DNA from: Rhodospirillales bacterium
GTDB taxonomy: Bacteria > Pseudomonadota > Alphaproteobacteria > Rhodospirillales > UBA2165
Length of the DNA stretch: 64,000 nt
NCBI GenBank assembly: GCA_965207535.1
Contig: CBDBMR010000004.1
Span: forward strand, 18,788 to 82,787
Direction: 5' to 3'
A program made the translations under genes and the position numbers. Below, one piece after another: positions 32,635 through 41,799 of the stretch. Numbering within the stretch: the stretch's first letter is position 1; every line of letters starts with the position of its first letter. The notes beneath the pieces were generated by a model that saw nothing but the letters and a program-made list of their open reading frames with translations, was not told where the DNA came from and made no database searches.

Positions 32635-34014
32635 CTATTCCCAGGCGGCCAGCGAGACGATCTCCACCTGGCCGCGGTCGATCCTCTGGAAGGCGAGCCA
32701 GGCGGCGACCTCCATCTCGTCGTCGAGGACGGCAAGCGGCTCGTCGGCGCCGCGCAGGAACACGGCGTAGCGCGGCGGATAGTCCGCGACCTCGCGGAGG
32801 GCGTTGAGATCGACCTTGGCGTACACGGCGGTGGCCGACGGGCTGCGATGGCCGAGAAAGTCCCCGATCTCCTTCATCGACATGCCCTGGTCGAGGAGAT
32901 GCCGGGCAGCGGCATGGCGCAGCGCGTGAGGCCCGCGGGGGCCGTCGACGACACCGACCCGCCGCAGACGGTTGCGGACGATGCTTGCCATCACACCCCG
33001 GCTGAGCGGTCGGATCGGAGCGAAGAGCGTGAGGAAGAGGGTGCGTTCGGGGCGCGGCGGACGAACTTCGAGAATGTAGCGGAGAATGGCCTGTCCAACG
33101 CCCCGGGACAGGGGGAAGATATGCGTCCGGCCGGACTTGGAGCGGTGCACGCGCAGCGTCTCGTTCTCCCAGTCCAGGTCATCCAGTTGCAAGCGGCCGA
33201 CCTCGCCCGAGCGCAGCCCGTAGGCGACCAGCAGCATCAGGATGGCGCGGTCGCGCTTGTCGACCGCCCGCTCACCCTCGGTAGTGGCCAACAGGCGCTC
33301 GACATCCTCCCGGCTCAGCCCCGCCGGCACCGGATCGGTCGGATAGACCCGCGGAGGGATCATCGCGGCGGCTATCCCCGGTCTGCACCAGCCGCGATCC
33401 TCGGCAAAGCGGAAGAACCCGCGAATGCATCCCGCGTACCGCCTTATCGAACTCCGGCTGTAGCGCCCGGTGGCGCTCTTCGCCACGATGGCGGTGTCGA
33501 CATCCGTCAGAGTGACGGAGGAAAGCGATACATCATTGGCATCCAGCCGGTCGAAGAAGTTATCGAGGTCGAGGCGGTACAACCGGATCGTCGACTCCGA
33601 CAACCCGCGTTCTTCGCGCATCCATGCCCCATAGGAATCGAGTTCGGCACGGTGGGGAGGCTGGGCCATCGGCGGCTCTTCGAGCCAACCGAGAAAGCGC
33701 AGCCACCGAATCGCACCTCGCACCACGCGCTTTGCCGACGCCGGTGAAGTCGGCACCGTCCGGTGGTACCTGTGATCCCCGGGACGCGACCATTCCGCGA
33801 TCGCAGCCTCGAGCTGGGGAATGCTGACCGTGTCGCCTGCCTTCAAATCCAGAAGATGGACCAGACGGGTCTGTTCCATCGCGGTGAGGCGCAACGTCCG
33901 CCGGCTGGCGCCCGATTGCGCGAGATGGTCGAGATAGCTCAGCCGCTGATCGGCGAGCGGCGCTGTTTGGTGCTTCTCAAGTGCTTGCGGCGTCGTGAAT
34001 AGTTCTTCGAACAT
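32635..34014 (-). CDS. XerC/D-like tyrosine recombinase (459 aa) fused in frame to a ~50-aa YPP...DDEMEVAAWLAF tail homologous to the zinc-ribbon protein C-terminus
   Basis: The ATG at 34014 is preceded by AAGGAG; the upstream 209 codons of ORF 32635..34641 were rejected. Catalytic residues: LLVAYGLRSGEV, PHALRHAAARHL, LGHRSPSATAVYAKV. The tail YPPRYAVFLRGADEPLAVLDDEMEVAAWLAFQRIDRGQVEIVSLAAWE follows directly. Confidence 0.8.
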   Translation of the reverse strand: MFEELFTTPQALEKHQTAPLADQRLSYLDHLAQSGASRRTLRLTAMEQTRLVHLLDLKAGDTVSIPQLEAAIAEWSRPGDHRYHRTVPTSPASAKRVVRGAIRWLRFLGWLEEPPMAQPPHRAELDSYGAWMREERGLSESTIRLYRLDLDNFFDRLDANDVSLSSVTLTDVDTAIVAKSATGRYSRSSIRRYAGCIRGFFRFAEDRGWCRPGIAAAMIPPRVYPTDPVPAGLSREDVERLLATTEGERAVDKRDRAILMLLVAYGLRSGEVGRLQLDDLDWENETLRVHRSKSGRTHIFPLSRGVGQAILRYILEVRPPRPERTLFLTLFAPIRPLSRGVMASIVRNRLRRVGVVDGPRGPHALRHAAARHLLDQGMSMKEIGDFLGHRSPSATAVYAKVDLNALREVADYPPRYAVFLRGADEPLAVLDDEMEVAAWLAFQRIDRGQVEIVSLAAWE

Positions 34015-34070
34015 GATCGTCTCCTTTTTGCTGGAGCCATGATCATGTCCACCGTGTAGTGCTGTGAAAA

Positions 34071-34256
34071 TTATGTTGACTTCAACTTCGTCGATGACCC
34101 GCCAGAGACCGGGGTCCGTCGCCGCCGCAACATAATCGGCTGCGCAACATATGAGCGGTAGGTCTCGACCACATAGCGGTCGTCTTCGAGACCGCCGCCG
34201 ATGAAGTGGGTGAGGAACGTGCGCGCGTCGCCGCGCGGTGCGATTGCCGCCTGCAT
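34071..34256 (-). pseudogene. Truncated paralogue of 10609..10935
   Basis: SD GGAGG upstream. The first ~36 codons align with the 108-aa protein; after ETYRSY the sequence diverges and stops. Confidence 0.5.
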
Positions 34257-34452
34257 GATGTCGCCTCCGTCTCGCTTGATGATGGTGAACGGCGGCCGAT
34301 GCCCTCCCCGGGCATCCGGCCACCGCCCCGTTCACGGCCAAGCCTCTCCTCTTTATGGAGAAGAGCACGGGGATGGAGACGGCGACGGAATGGCCGACGC
34401 GGAATTCATCGGTTTTCATTGATGTGCGTACCGGCATGCGGTACGGATAGCC

Positions 34453-34731
34453 ATGATCCGGAGCTTTCGTCATCGAGGCCTCAAGCGGATGTATGAGCGA
34501 GGAGATAGGAGAGGGGTGGGATTCGATCTCTTGGATCGTATCGCGCTGGCGCTGGCCGACCTCGACGACGCGGGCAAACCCTCCGACCTCAATCTGCCTG
34601 GCTATCGGATTCATCCGCTGAAGGGCAATCTCAAGGGGCACTGGAGCATCTCAATTTCAGGAAACTGGCGGGTGACCTTTCGCCTCGAGGACGGAGACGT
34701 ATACGATGTCGACTTGGTCGACTATCACTGA
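34453..34731 (+). CDS. higB: HigB-family toxin (second copy)
   Basis: [18 protein letters not shown]...[45 protein letters not shown]. Confidence 0.85.
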   Translation: MIRSFRHRGLKRMYERGDRRGVGFDLLDRIALALADLDDAGKPSDLNLPGYRIHPLKGNLKGHWSISISGNWRVTFRLEDGDVYDVDLVDYH

Positions 34732-34745
34732 CGGGAGCCAAGAGT

Positions 34746-35042
34746 ATGCCGATGATCGATCCTCCCCATCCTGGACGAAGCGTCCGCGAAAACTGTCTGG
34801 AACCGCTAGGCTTGAGCGTGACCGAGGCGGCGCGTGTGCTCGGCGTTGCCCGTCACACACTGTCCCGGGTGCTGAATGGCCACGCAGGGATTTCACCTGA
34901 AATGGCGATCCGCCTCGAAAAGGCGGGCTGGTCAAATGCCGAATTCTGGTTGCGGCGCCAGACCACCTACGATCTCGTCCAGGCGCGGAGACACGAGGAC
35001 CAAATCGCGGTGCGGCGTTATCAGCCACATGCGGCGGCATGA
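34746..35042 (+). CDS. higA: HigA-family antitoxin (second copy, XRE HTH)
   Basis: [72 protein letters not shown]. Confidence 0.85.
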   Translation: MPMIDPPHPGRSVRENCLEPLGLSVTEAARVLGVARHTLSRVLNGHAGISPEMAIRLEKAGWSNAEFWLRRQTTYDLVQARRHEDQIAVRRYQPHAAA

Positions 35043-35173
35043 CTGTTCTACATGTTCGATCCCCGCGGGCTGATCGTCGCGACATACAATTCCATGATCG
35101 CAATGCCGTACCGGCCGTTCAGGTGTCCGGCGGTCAGCGGATTCCGGGTGCCCATTGGCTGGATGTATTAAAG

Positions 35174-35932
35174 CTACCGGAACCGCGCGTCATCGAGTTG
35201 CCGATAGGCGTCCGTATTCTTTAATTTGCCGTTGCCTTTAGCCAGATCGAAGGGGACCCGGCCGCGTTGGTCTCGCGTCGCGGGGTCCGCCCCGGCATCA
35301 AGCAAGGCGTTGACGGTTTCGGCGGAGCCGAACCTCACCGCCACGTGCAGCGGGGTTAGGCCATGTACGGTTCGCGCTTCGATATCGGCCCCGGCATCAA
35401 ACAAGGCGTTGACGGTCTCGGCGGTGCCGGCCACCGCCGCCGCCACGTGCAGCGGGGTCTGACCGTCTTTGGCTCGCGCTTGAATGTCGGCCCCGGCATC
35501 AAGCAAGGCGTTTATGGTCTCGGCGGAGCCGAGCGCCGCCGCCATGTGCAGCGGGGTCAGGCCGTTTAGGTCTCGCGCCTCAATGTCCGCCCCGGCGCGA
35601 AGCAAGGCGTTGACGGTCTCGGCGGTGCCGAACCCCGCCGCCCCGTGCAGCGGGGTCAGGCCGTTTACGTCTTGCGCGTCGATGTCCGCCCCGGCGCGAA
35701 GCAAGGCGTCGATGGCCTCGACGGCGCCGGCCCCCGCCGCCATGTGCAGCGAGGTCAGGCCATGTTCGGCTCGTGCTCCAATGTCCGCCCCGGCATCAAG
35801 GCACCGCTTCACATCCGCGCCGGCGGCGGTTTTGAAGAACGCCTTTGTGTTCCACGACGCGCAATCGGGTTGCGCATGGGCCGGGCCGGTCAGGGCCAAG
35901 GCAAGCGCACTGGCGGCAAGCAGTCGAAGCAT
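35174..35932 (-). CDS. Secreted ankyrin-repeat protein (about six ANK repeats)
   Basis: ATG at 35932. Signal peptide: MLRLLAASALALALTGPAHA. Repeats have the form GLTPLHMAAxxGxAETVNALLxAGADIxAR. Confidence 0.85.
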   Translation of the reverse strand: MLRLLAASALALALTGPAHAQPDCASWNTKAFFKTAAGADVKRCLDAGADIGARAEHGLTSLHMAAGAGAVEAIDALLRAGADIDAQDVNGLTPLHGAAGFGTAETVNALLRAGADIEARDLNGLTPLHMAAALGSAETINALLDAGADIQARAKDGQTPLHVAAAVAGTAETVNALFDAGADIEARTVHGLTPLHVAVRFGSAETVNALLDAGADPATRDQRGRVPFDLAKGNGKLKNTDAYRQLDDARFR

Positions 35933-36052
35933 GGAGGGTCCTTTCAGCCTATTCGGTTGGAGTGTGCACTTCGCCGGAGTGTTTTCCTTGAAGCGGCCTT
36001 GGACCGTCCGCACCCCTTCGCGCGCAGGGGATGTTCCCGCAACAGAGATCGT

Positions 36053-36973
36053 TTACCGCGCAACCTCACGTCGCGGACGCACCTCGTATGACAATGCAGG
36101 AAGAGTCCTTATCGCTTCGAAAATAGTTCCTCGCCAACGCCATCCTTGACCGTATGTGAAAATCCCTGGCCCGCGTACCGGTCCTACGGCGGCATTATCG
36201 GGTATGAACCAAGTCATCGACATATCCCTTAGTAGTAGTCGGGTTATTTCGGCCAAACCCACAAGCATTCCCGGGTTGGCCAAAATCTTTTGGAATTCGT
36301 TGGCCAAAATATTTCGCAATTCGCCGGGGTCTTCCTCGTCGATGTCCCTCAGGACCGTTATCGCAATCTTCATTTCTTCCTGACACAGTTCGGGCTTCTC
36401 TTCTGACGCGCACGAAGCCTCGAGATCGGGAAGATCCTCGATTGCCGGGCGCGGAACTTCGGCAACCGACACCCTGTAGGGGTTGTAGACGCCGGTCAAC
36501 GGTTCGACATGCATACCCAAGACATCTTCGGCGAAGCCGGCCGGCAGCGTCCTCGGGTCGTAAGGGCCTACCTGGATGGAACAGCCGTTCCCCCTGATGC
36601 CCGAGTACTTGAAGTTTATCGGCACAGGCACGGCCGAATAGGGTATCCCCTGACGTACAAAAGCATCCTTGTCGAATATGTGATCCGCCAACATGCATGC
36701 GTTGGCGGCCGAGTTGAGTTCGGCCCGCATTTCGGCAAGAAACGTTTGCTCCTTCACGTGTGACTTTAGACCCGGCCGCTCCGAGAGGTGCGTGACGGCG
36801 TCATGAAACGAGGCGATGTATGAAAGCATCGACATCTTGGGTTGCAATAGAACACGGTCAATTATCTGCCCATCTTCGAGGACCGTGGTCGTCCCCTCGA
36901 CTTTCAGGCACCCCGAAAGGACAATCGAGAATCCGATTACCGCGAAAACGAGTTTCCAAGATCTCATGTTCAT
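36053..36973 (-). CDS. Hypothetical lipoprotein
   Basis: Lipobox: WKLVFAVIGFSIVLSGC. The start is ambiguous (ATG at 36973, 36967 or 36994). Lower-GC gene with no recognisable domain. Confidence 0.5.
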   Translation of the reverse strand: MNMRSWKLVFAVIGFSIVLSGCLKVEGTTTVLEDGQIIDRVLLQPKMSMLSYIASFHDAVTHLSERPGLKSHVKEQTFLAEMRAELNSAANACMLADHIFDKDAFVRQGIPYSAVPVPINFKYSGIRGNGCSIQVGPYDPRTLPAGFAEDVLGMHVEPLTGVYNPYRVSVAEVPRPAIEDLPDLEASCASEEKPELCQEEMKIAITVLRDIDEEDPGELRNILANEFQKILANPGMLVGLAEITRLLLRDMSMTWFIPDNAAVGPVRGPGIFTYGQGWRWRGTIFEAIRTLPALSYEVRPRREVAR

Positions 36974-37204
36974 GTAACTTCTTTTGCCGAACATTGTCCC
37001 CATTCCGGGATTTTCGTGCTCCCGGAAAAAATCGGAATATTTGGCACCTTCCGCCTCCGGCATGTGGCGCTCGGTCCAGTTTCGCACTGTATGGCGGGGC
37101 CGCAGGAAACACAATATGGCGCGTACCCTTGCGGCGACGGTGATGACAACGCGGTCACCCGCCGGAGCAGGACCGCCGGCAGCGGCACCGCCCCTTGCCA
37201 GCCC

Positions 37205-38056
37205 TCACGGCAGGACCGGCACTGCCCGCAGATAATCGAAGATCGCCCCGGCGATGCGCCGGCGCTCTGCCTCCGGCAGACGGTTCGAGAGCGCCGGCAT
37301 CGTCGCGCCCTCGCGCTCCGAGGCCGGAACCAGCATGGGCCGCAGGAATGCCGCCCTGTCGGCGCTCTTGGCGATCTCAGCCAGATTGCCCACGAACTTC
37401 TCGCCGCCATAGCCGTTGACCTTGTGGCAGGTCAGGCAATAGGCCTTGACCAGCATCGCGCCCGGCCGCAGGCGAGGATCGAGACCTTCAGGCAGCAGCG
37501 CGGCGTCCGACAGGGCGACAGGGTTCACCACCGCCACCTGGTAGGGCCAGTCGCGCGCGCCCTCGGCAATCAGCGCCGGATTGCCCATATTGTCCCAGAC
37601 CAGATAGTAAGGCCCGAGAGGGACGTTCTTCTCGTTCTGCCGGATGTTGTCCACCGTGAAGGGGGCGCCGTCCCCGTGCGCGAAGACGATGAACGCCTTC
37701 TCCTCGTGGAAGCGCCGCACCGGGATGCGCGAGACGTAGCCGTCCAGGGCGCGGAACTCGATCGCCCCGCCCCGCCGGTTCCAGTCCCCGCCCAGGATGC
37801 GCTGGAGCACCTCGACCGCCGGATAACCGACATAGCGAACCTCGACATGGCGGTCGCCTACGCTCAGATGAGGCTCGTAGACGGCGACCGTCCCGGGCGG
37901 CGTTCCCATCCGCCGCTCGAGTTCCTCCGGCGGCGGCAGTTCCGCCGCCCCCGCCGTGCCGGCCAGGAGGACGGTCCCCCATAAGGTGCAGCGGAGAATG
38001 CCCGTCCCCCGCTTCCGCCGGGGCTTGAATCCCCTGCCGGTCTCCTTGTTTTTCAT
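37205..38056 (-). CDS. Periplasmic protein with a C-terminal mono-haem c-type cytochrome motif
   Basis: N-terminal basic/hydrophobic signal: RRKRGTGILRCTLWGTVLLAGTAGAAE. Haem-binding motif: YCLTCHKVNG, with a downstream Met (GATMPAL). The N-domain is unassigned. The long ORF back to 38449 was rejected. Confidence 0.55.
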   Translation of the reverse strand: MKNKETGRGFKPRRKRGTGILRCTLWGTVLLAGTAGAAELPPPEELERRMGTPPGTVAVYEPHLSVGDRHVEVRYVGYPAVEVLQRILGGDWNRRGGAIEFRALDGYVSRIPVRRFHEEKAFIVFAHGDGAPFTVDNIRQNEKNVPLGPYYLVWDNMGNPALIAEGARDWPYQVAVVNPVALSDAALLPEGLDPRLRPGAMLVKAYCLTCHKVNGYGGEKFVGNLAEIAKSADRAAFLRPMLVPASEREGATMPALSNRLPEAERRRIAGAIFDYLRAVPVLP

Positions 38057-38163
38057 GTTGCCCATCCCGCGTCGATTCACCCGTTCAGCCGCACATGATC
38101 GCCCGGCGCACCGGAAACGGCGGTTCGACCGAATCCGGAGGCGAGTTCCGTCTTGTATCGCGC

Positions 38164-39318
38164 TCAACTCAAAATATCTTCCCCGATGCTGGCAGCGACC
38201 TTGGCCGACGACGCCTTGATGGAATCCCGCGCCAGATGCGCATAGCGCGACGTCGTCTCGATCTTGTTGTGCCCCAGCAGCTTGCCGATCATCGAAAGCG
38301 ACTCCCCGAGGGCCAGCGCCCTGGATGCGAACGAGTGCCTGAGATCGTGAATCCGCACGTCCTCGAGGTCCGCCTCCGCCCGCACCCGGTCCCAGTAGTG
38401 GTTGAGATCGGCAAGGCGACGGCCCGGCTTGGTGCCCGGGATCACCCACGGGTTGCCTTCGATGCGCGGCAGTTCCGCCAGTACCCGCGCCGCCGCCGGC
38501 GACAGCGGCACCAGCCGCGCGCCGGTTTTCGAATCGGCGAGCCTCAACTCGCCCGCTTCAAGGTCCACGTGCTTCCACTGGAGCTCGACGATCTCGTTCC
38601 GCCGGCACCCGGTCAGCATCAGCAGCCGGATCGCCGCCGCAGGGTAGGCCGTCAATCTTCCCTCGGCCTCCATCTCGTTCAGCACCGCGCCCAGGTGGCG
38701 GAACTCCGCCTCGGTCAGGAAACGCTCCCGCTTCTTCTCCTGGTATTTGCGCACGTACTTGCAGGGATTGCCCCCAGTTCGCAGCTTCCATTCCTCGGCG
38801 AAGTTGAACAGGCTGTTGCCGATCTCCAGCGCCCGGTTCGCCTGATAGGGAATATGGCGGAGATCGCGGTGCAGTTCGTCGATGTGCTTGCGCTCCACAT
38901 CCTCCACCGCCATCTTTCCGTAGGACGGCACGATGAAGCGCTCGACCACGCTGCGGTACATCTTGCGCGTGCTCTCCTTGCAGCGCATGTCCACATGCTC
39001 TTCCAGATAGCGCGCGGCAAGCTCGGCCACCGTCACCGCGTCTCGCTCCACCGGATCCTCGCCGCTCCGAATGCGGTTGAGGGTCGTGGCCGCCTTCTTG
39101 CGCGCCTCGTCGGCGGTGATAACCCCGTGGCGTCCCAGCGTCACCCGGTGCGACCTCCCCTTGCGCCGGGTCTGGACGACATACACTTTCGCTCCCGACG
39201 GATAGACCCTGACCCCGAAGCCGGGGATGCGGTCATCCCAGAAGACCGCGTCGCGGTTCTCCACCGAGAGTGCATCGACGGTGCGTTTGGAGATGGTTCG
39301 GAACTTCAGCTTGGCCAT
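38164..39318 (-). CDS. P4-type tyrosine integrase (DUF4102 N-domain), third copy
   Basis: SD AGGGAG upstream. N-terminus: FWDDRIPGFGVRVYPSGAKVYVVQTRRKGRSHRVTLGRHGVITADEARKKA. Catalytic residues: LTGCRRNE, IHDLRHSFAS, LGHNKIETTSRYAHL. Confidence 0.85.
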   Translation of the reverse strand: MAKLKFRTISKRTVDALSVENRDAVFWDDRIPGFGVRVYPSGAKVYVVQTRRKGRSHRVTLGRHGVITADEARKKAATTLNRIRSGEDPVERDAVTVAELAARYLEEHVDMRCKESTRKMYRSVVERFIVPSYGKMAVEDVERKHIDELHRDLRHIPYQANRALEIGNSLFNFAEEWKLRTGGNPCKYVRKYQEKKRERFLTEAEFRHLGAVLNEMEAEGRLTAYPAAAIRLLMLTGCRRNEIVELQWKHVDLEAGELRLADSKTGARLVPLSPAAARVLAELPRIEGNPWVIPGTKPGRRLADLNHYWDRVRAEADLEDVRIHDLRHSFASRALALGESLSMIGKLLGHNKIETTSRYAHLARDSIKASSAKVAASIGEDILS

Positions 39319-39702
39319 GTGGTGCTCCCTGTCGGAATGATTCTCACTCCACCCGGCCGCCCGGGATATTCCGTTCCGTAAGCGTAAGCTAGACGTAAGC
39401 GACCGGAGTGGTACTCCCGGATCTTGTATCGTAGCTGAGGGCGGGTTTCAAGGGGTGTCGACATGGCCAGAAACCCTTGTAACGTTGGGAATAACCCAGG
39501 AAATGTCGTCTCCTGCGTTCTACAGGCAACTCAAGCGTACTTGTGTCCAGATATCCGGAAATGGGTCTCTATTTAAGTGCCGCCGATATCGGCGGCAAGG
39601 CGCAGGCTGCCACTTTGTTCGCGCTTTTTGGCCAATGTCGTGTCTCTCCCCCTAACCGGCAGGATATGGTTTCCGTCTATTGCCGCGACCGGATTTGCCG
39701 CC

Positions 39703-40887
39703 CTAGATTTCCGGCCAGTGACTGATCGGGAGCCCCGTGTGGTTTTCGGCGTAGACGATTTGTGGAGGCCTATCACTGATCAGATACCGAAGCTGTGCCT
39801 CGTGCATTCGGGCGTCAAACGGGGTGCGATCCGGATAGATGTGGTACATCGCGGTGTTTGACCAAGAGAATCGTTGAACCTGCCAGTTTCGTTCCAAGGC
39901 AATGTCCGAGTATTGCCGAAGCAGCGACTCATCGCTTTTCGTGAAATGGTCGATCAACGCTGCCGAAAGCACGCTGACATCTGCAACGGCCGAGTTCAAA
40001 CCCTTTGCACCGGTGGGGGGAACCACATGTGCTGCATCCCCCGCCAAGAACAGGCGCCCATGTTGCATCGGTTCGGAGAAGAAGCTCCGCAACGGCGTGA
40101 CCTCCTTTTGAAGTATCGGCCCACGCTCGAGCGTCCATCCAGGCGCCCCCAACCGTGTTTCCAACTCATCCCATATCCGGTCGTCGGACCATTCCGACAA
40201 TTCTTCATCTGGCTCGCATTGGAGATATAGGCGGCTGATCGTCGGTGATCTCATGCTCAACAGGGCGAAGCCGTTCTCGTGGTGGGAAAAAAGTGCAACC
40301 TCTTTTGACGGGGGGGCCTCAGCCAAGACGCCCAGCCAGCCGAATGGATACACCGTTTCGTAGGTTTTCAGGATGTCGACCGGCATGGCCTTCCGAGATG
40401 CCCCATGGAAGCCGTCACAACCGGCAATGATGTCGGCCGTCAACTCGTGAGTCCGGCCGTTGTGCTCATAGCGAACCGTCGGCCGATCACCGTCAATGTC
40501 CTCGATCGCAACAACGGGCGCTTCATAAATGACATTGTGGTTTTCCTTGGCGAGCGCCCCGAGCAAATCGCGCGTGATTTCCTGTTGACCATAAACCGTA
40601 ACACCACGGCCGATCAGCTCTTCAAAATCGAGCATGTAATGCCGGTTCCGATAGCCGATGCAGACGCCGCGATGGTACATGTGCTCTATCCTCAACCGGT
40701 CACCAAGACCGGCCTTAATCAGCATATCGACGGTGCCCTGCTCCAAAACGCCCGCACGAATTCGCTGCTCTACATATTCGCGGCTTCTTGCCTCGAGGAT
40801 GATACTCTCAATGCCGCGGAGACGAAGGATCCAAGCCAATAGGGATCCCGAGGGGCCGGCCCCAACGATTGCCACGGGAACGTGCAT
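39703..40887 (-). CDS. pobA: 4-hydroxybenzoate 3-monooxygenase
   Basis: The ATG at 40887 gives a 394-aa product. VAIVGAGPSGSLLAWIL..., ...CDGFHGASR..., LFLAGDAAHVVPPTGAKGLNSAVADV. Confidence 0.85.
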   Translation of the reverse strand: MHVPVAIVGAGPSGSLLAWILRLRGIESIILEARSREYVEQRIRAGVLEQGTVDMLIKAGLGDRLRIEHMYHRGVCIGYRNRHYMLDFEELIGRGVTVYGQQEITRDLLGALAKENHNVIYEAPVVAIEDIDGDRPTVRYEHNGRTHELTADIIAGCDGFHGASRKAMPVDILKTYETVYPFGWLGVLAEAPPSKEVALFSHHENGFALLSMRSPTISRLYLQCEPDEELSEWSDDRIWDELETRLGAPGWTLERGPILQKEVTPLRSFFSEPMQHGRLFLAGDAAHVVPPTGAKGLNSAVADVSVLSAALIDHFTKSDESLLRQYSDIALERNWQVQRFSWSNTAMYHIYPDRTPFDARMHEAQLRYLISDRPPQIVYAENHTGLPISHWPEI

Positions 40888-40952
40888 AATGGTTACCTCT
40901 CTGCCCGGCGTGCGCTCGTGACGCACGGCAGGAACGCAAGTTGGGAAAAAAG

Positions 40953-41798
40953 CTAGGCGGCGTCCTGCATGGTGATCAGACCCATGCCGGTGGTCATCGG
41001 CGCGTAGTAATTGCGATGAATCCTTTGGACATCGGGGGTCATGGCGCCACGCATGGTGAGCCACATGATGAGCTCGACCGCTTCGGCACCCGCCTGCTCC
41101 ATCAAATCAAAATGGGTCATGTCGCAAATTGCCTGCGGGTCCGATTCAATTTTGTCCAAGAACCAATTGTCGAAGTCGGAGTTCAAATGCCCGAACCGCT
41201 CCCCGTGCAGTTGATGCGACATGCCTCCAGTGCCCATGACGGCCACATTGATATCCTGGTCATAGCTTTCGACGGCGCGCCTCAAGGCAGCACCCAGCTT
41301 GAAGCAACGGAGCGCGGTCGGAATGGGATGTTGGAGGACATTGACCTGCACCGGGATGACCTTGACCGGCCACTCGCCTTGCTGCGGAAAACACAGATCC
41401 ATCGGAACCAGCAGACCGTGTTCGACGGCCATTTCCTTGCAGATAGTGATGTCGAACTCTTCTTCGTAGACAAGATGCCTGCAGATATGGGTGGAAAGTT
41501 CCAGATCACCCTTTATCGACGGCAACGGCCGGACGCCGAAGCCCTCATCGGCGATCGCATATTCGGACGCGGCGCCAACGGCGAATGTCGGATATTTGGA
41601 GAAGGAAAAGTCGCAGGCGTGATCGTTGTAGATGACGATGACCACGTCGACCTTCCTCTCATCCGACAGCCAGGCCTGTACCGGCTCGTAGGCGTCAAAG
41701 AGAGGTTTCCACTCCGGCGTATTCTGTCTTCCGCTATCCACGACGGCGCCAATCGACGGAACGTGCGAGGTTCCAATTCCTGCAACAATCGTAGCCAT
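40953..41798 (-). CDS. ligB: Protocatechuate 4,5-dioxygenase beta subunit (LigB-type extradiol dioxygenase)
   Basis: MATIVAGIGTSHVPSIG...VVIVIYNDHACDF...VEHGLLVPMDL...VAVMGTGGMSHQLHG. Its start lies directly after the ligA stop codon. Confidence 0.8.
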   Translation of the reverse strand: MATIVAGIGTSHVPSIGAVVDSGRQNTPEWKPLFDAYEPVQAWLSDERKVDVVIVIYNDHACDFSFSKYPTFAVGAASEYAIADEGFGVRPLPSIKGDLELSTHICRHLVYEEEFDITICKEMAVEHGLLVPMDLCFPQQGEWPVKVIPVQVNVLQHPIPTALRCFKLGAALRRAVESYDQDINVAVMGTGGMSHQLHGERFGHLNSDFDNWFLDKIESDPQAICDMTHFDLMEQAGAEAVELIMWLTMRGAMTPDVQRIHRNYYAPMTTGMGLITMQDAA

Positions 41799-41799
41799 C

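Noticed and set aside
34015-34641. N-terminal 209 codons of ORF 32635..34641
   Set aside because: They read through the truncated paralogue and the higB antisense strand. The recombinase homology starts at the ATG at 34014, which has an AAGGAG SD.
35230-35830. Regular ~99-nt DNA periodicity that could be mistaken for a CRISPR or tandem-repeat array
   Set aside because: The period equals one 33-aa ankyrin repeat within an intact ORF. There are no unique spacers and no cas genes.
38118-38140. GGTTCGACCGAATCC resembling a tRNA T-loop next to the third integrase
   Set aside because: The flanking bases cannot form a T-stem or an acceptor stem, and no upstream D or anticodon arms are present.
39569-39590. 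Perfect palindrome GCCGCCGATATCGGCGGC downstream of pobA, considered as a terminator
   Set aside because: No U-rich tract follows on either strand, so it is not confidently a terminator. It is noted only.
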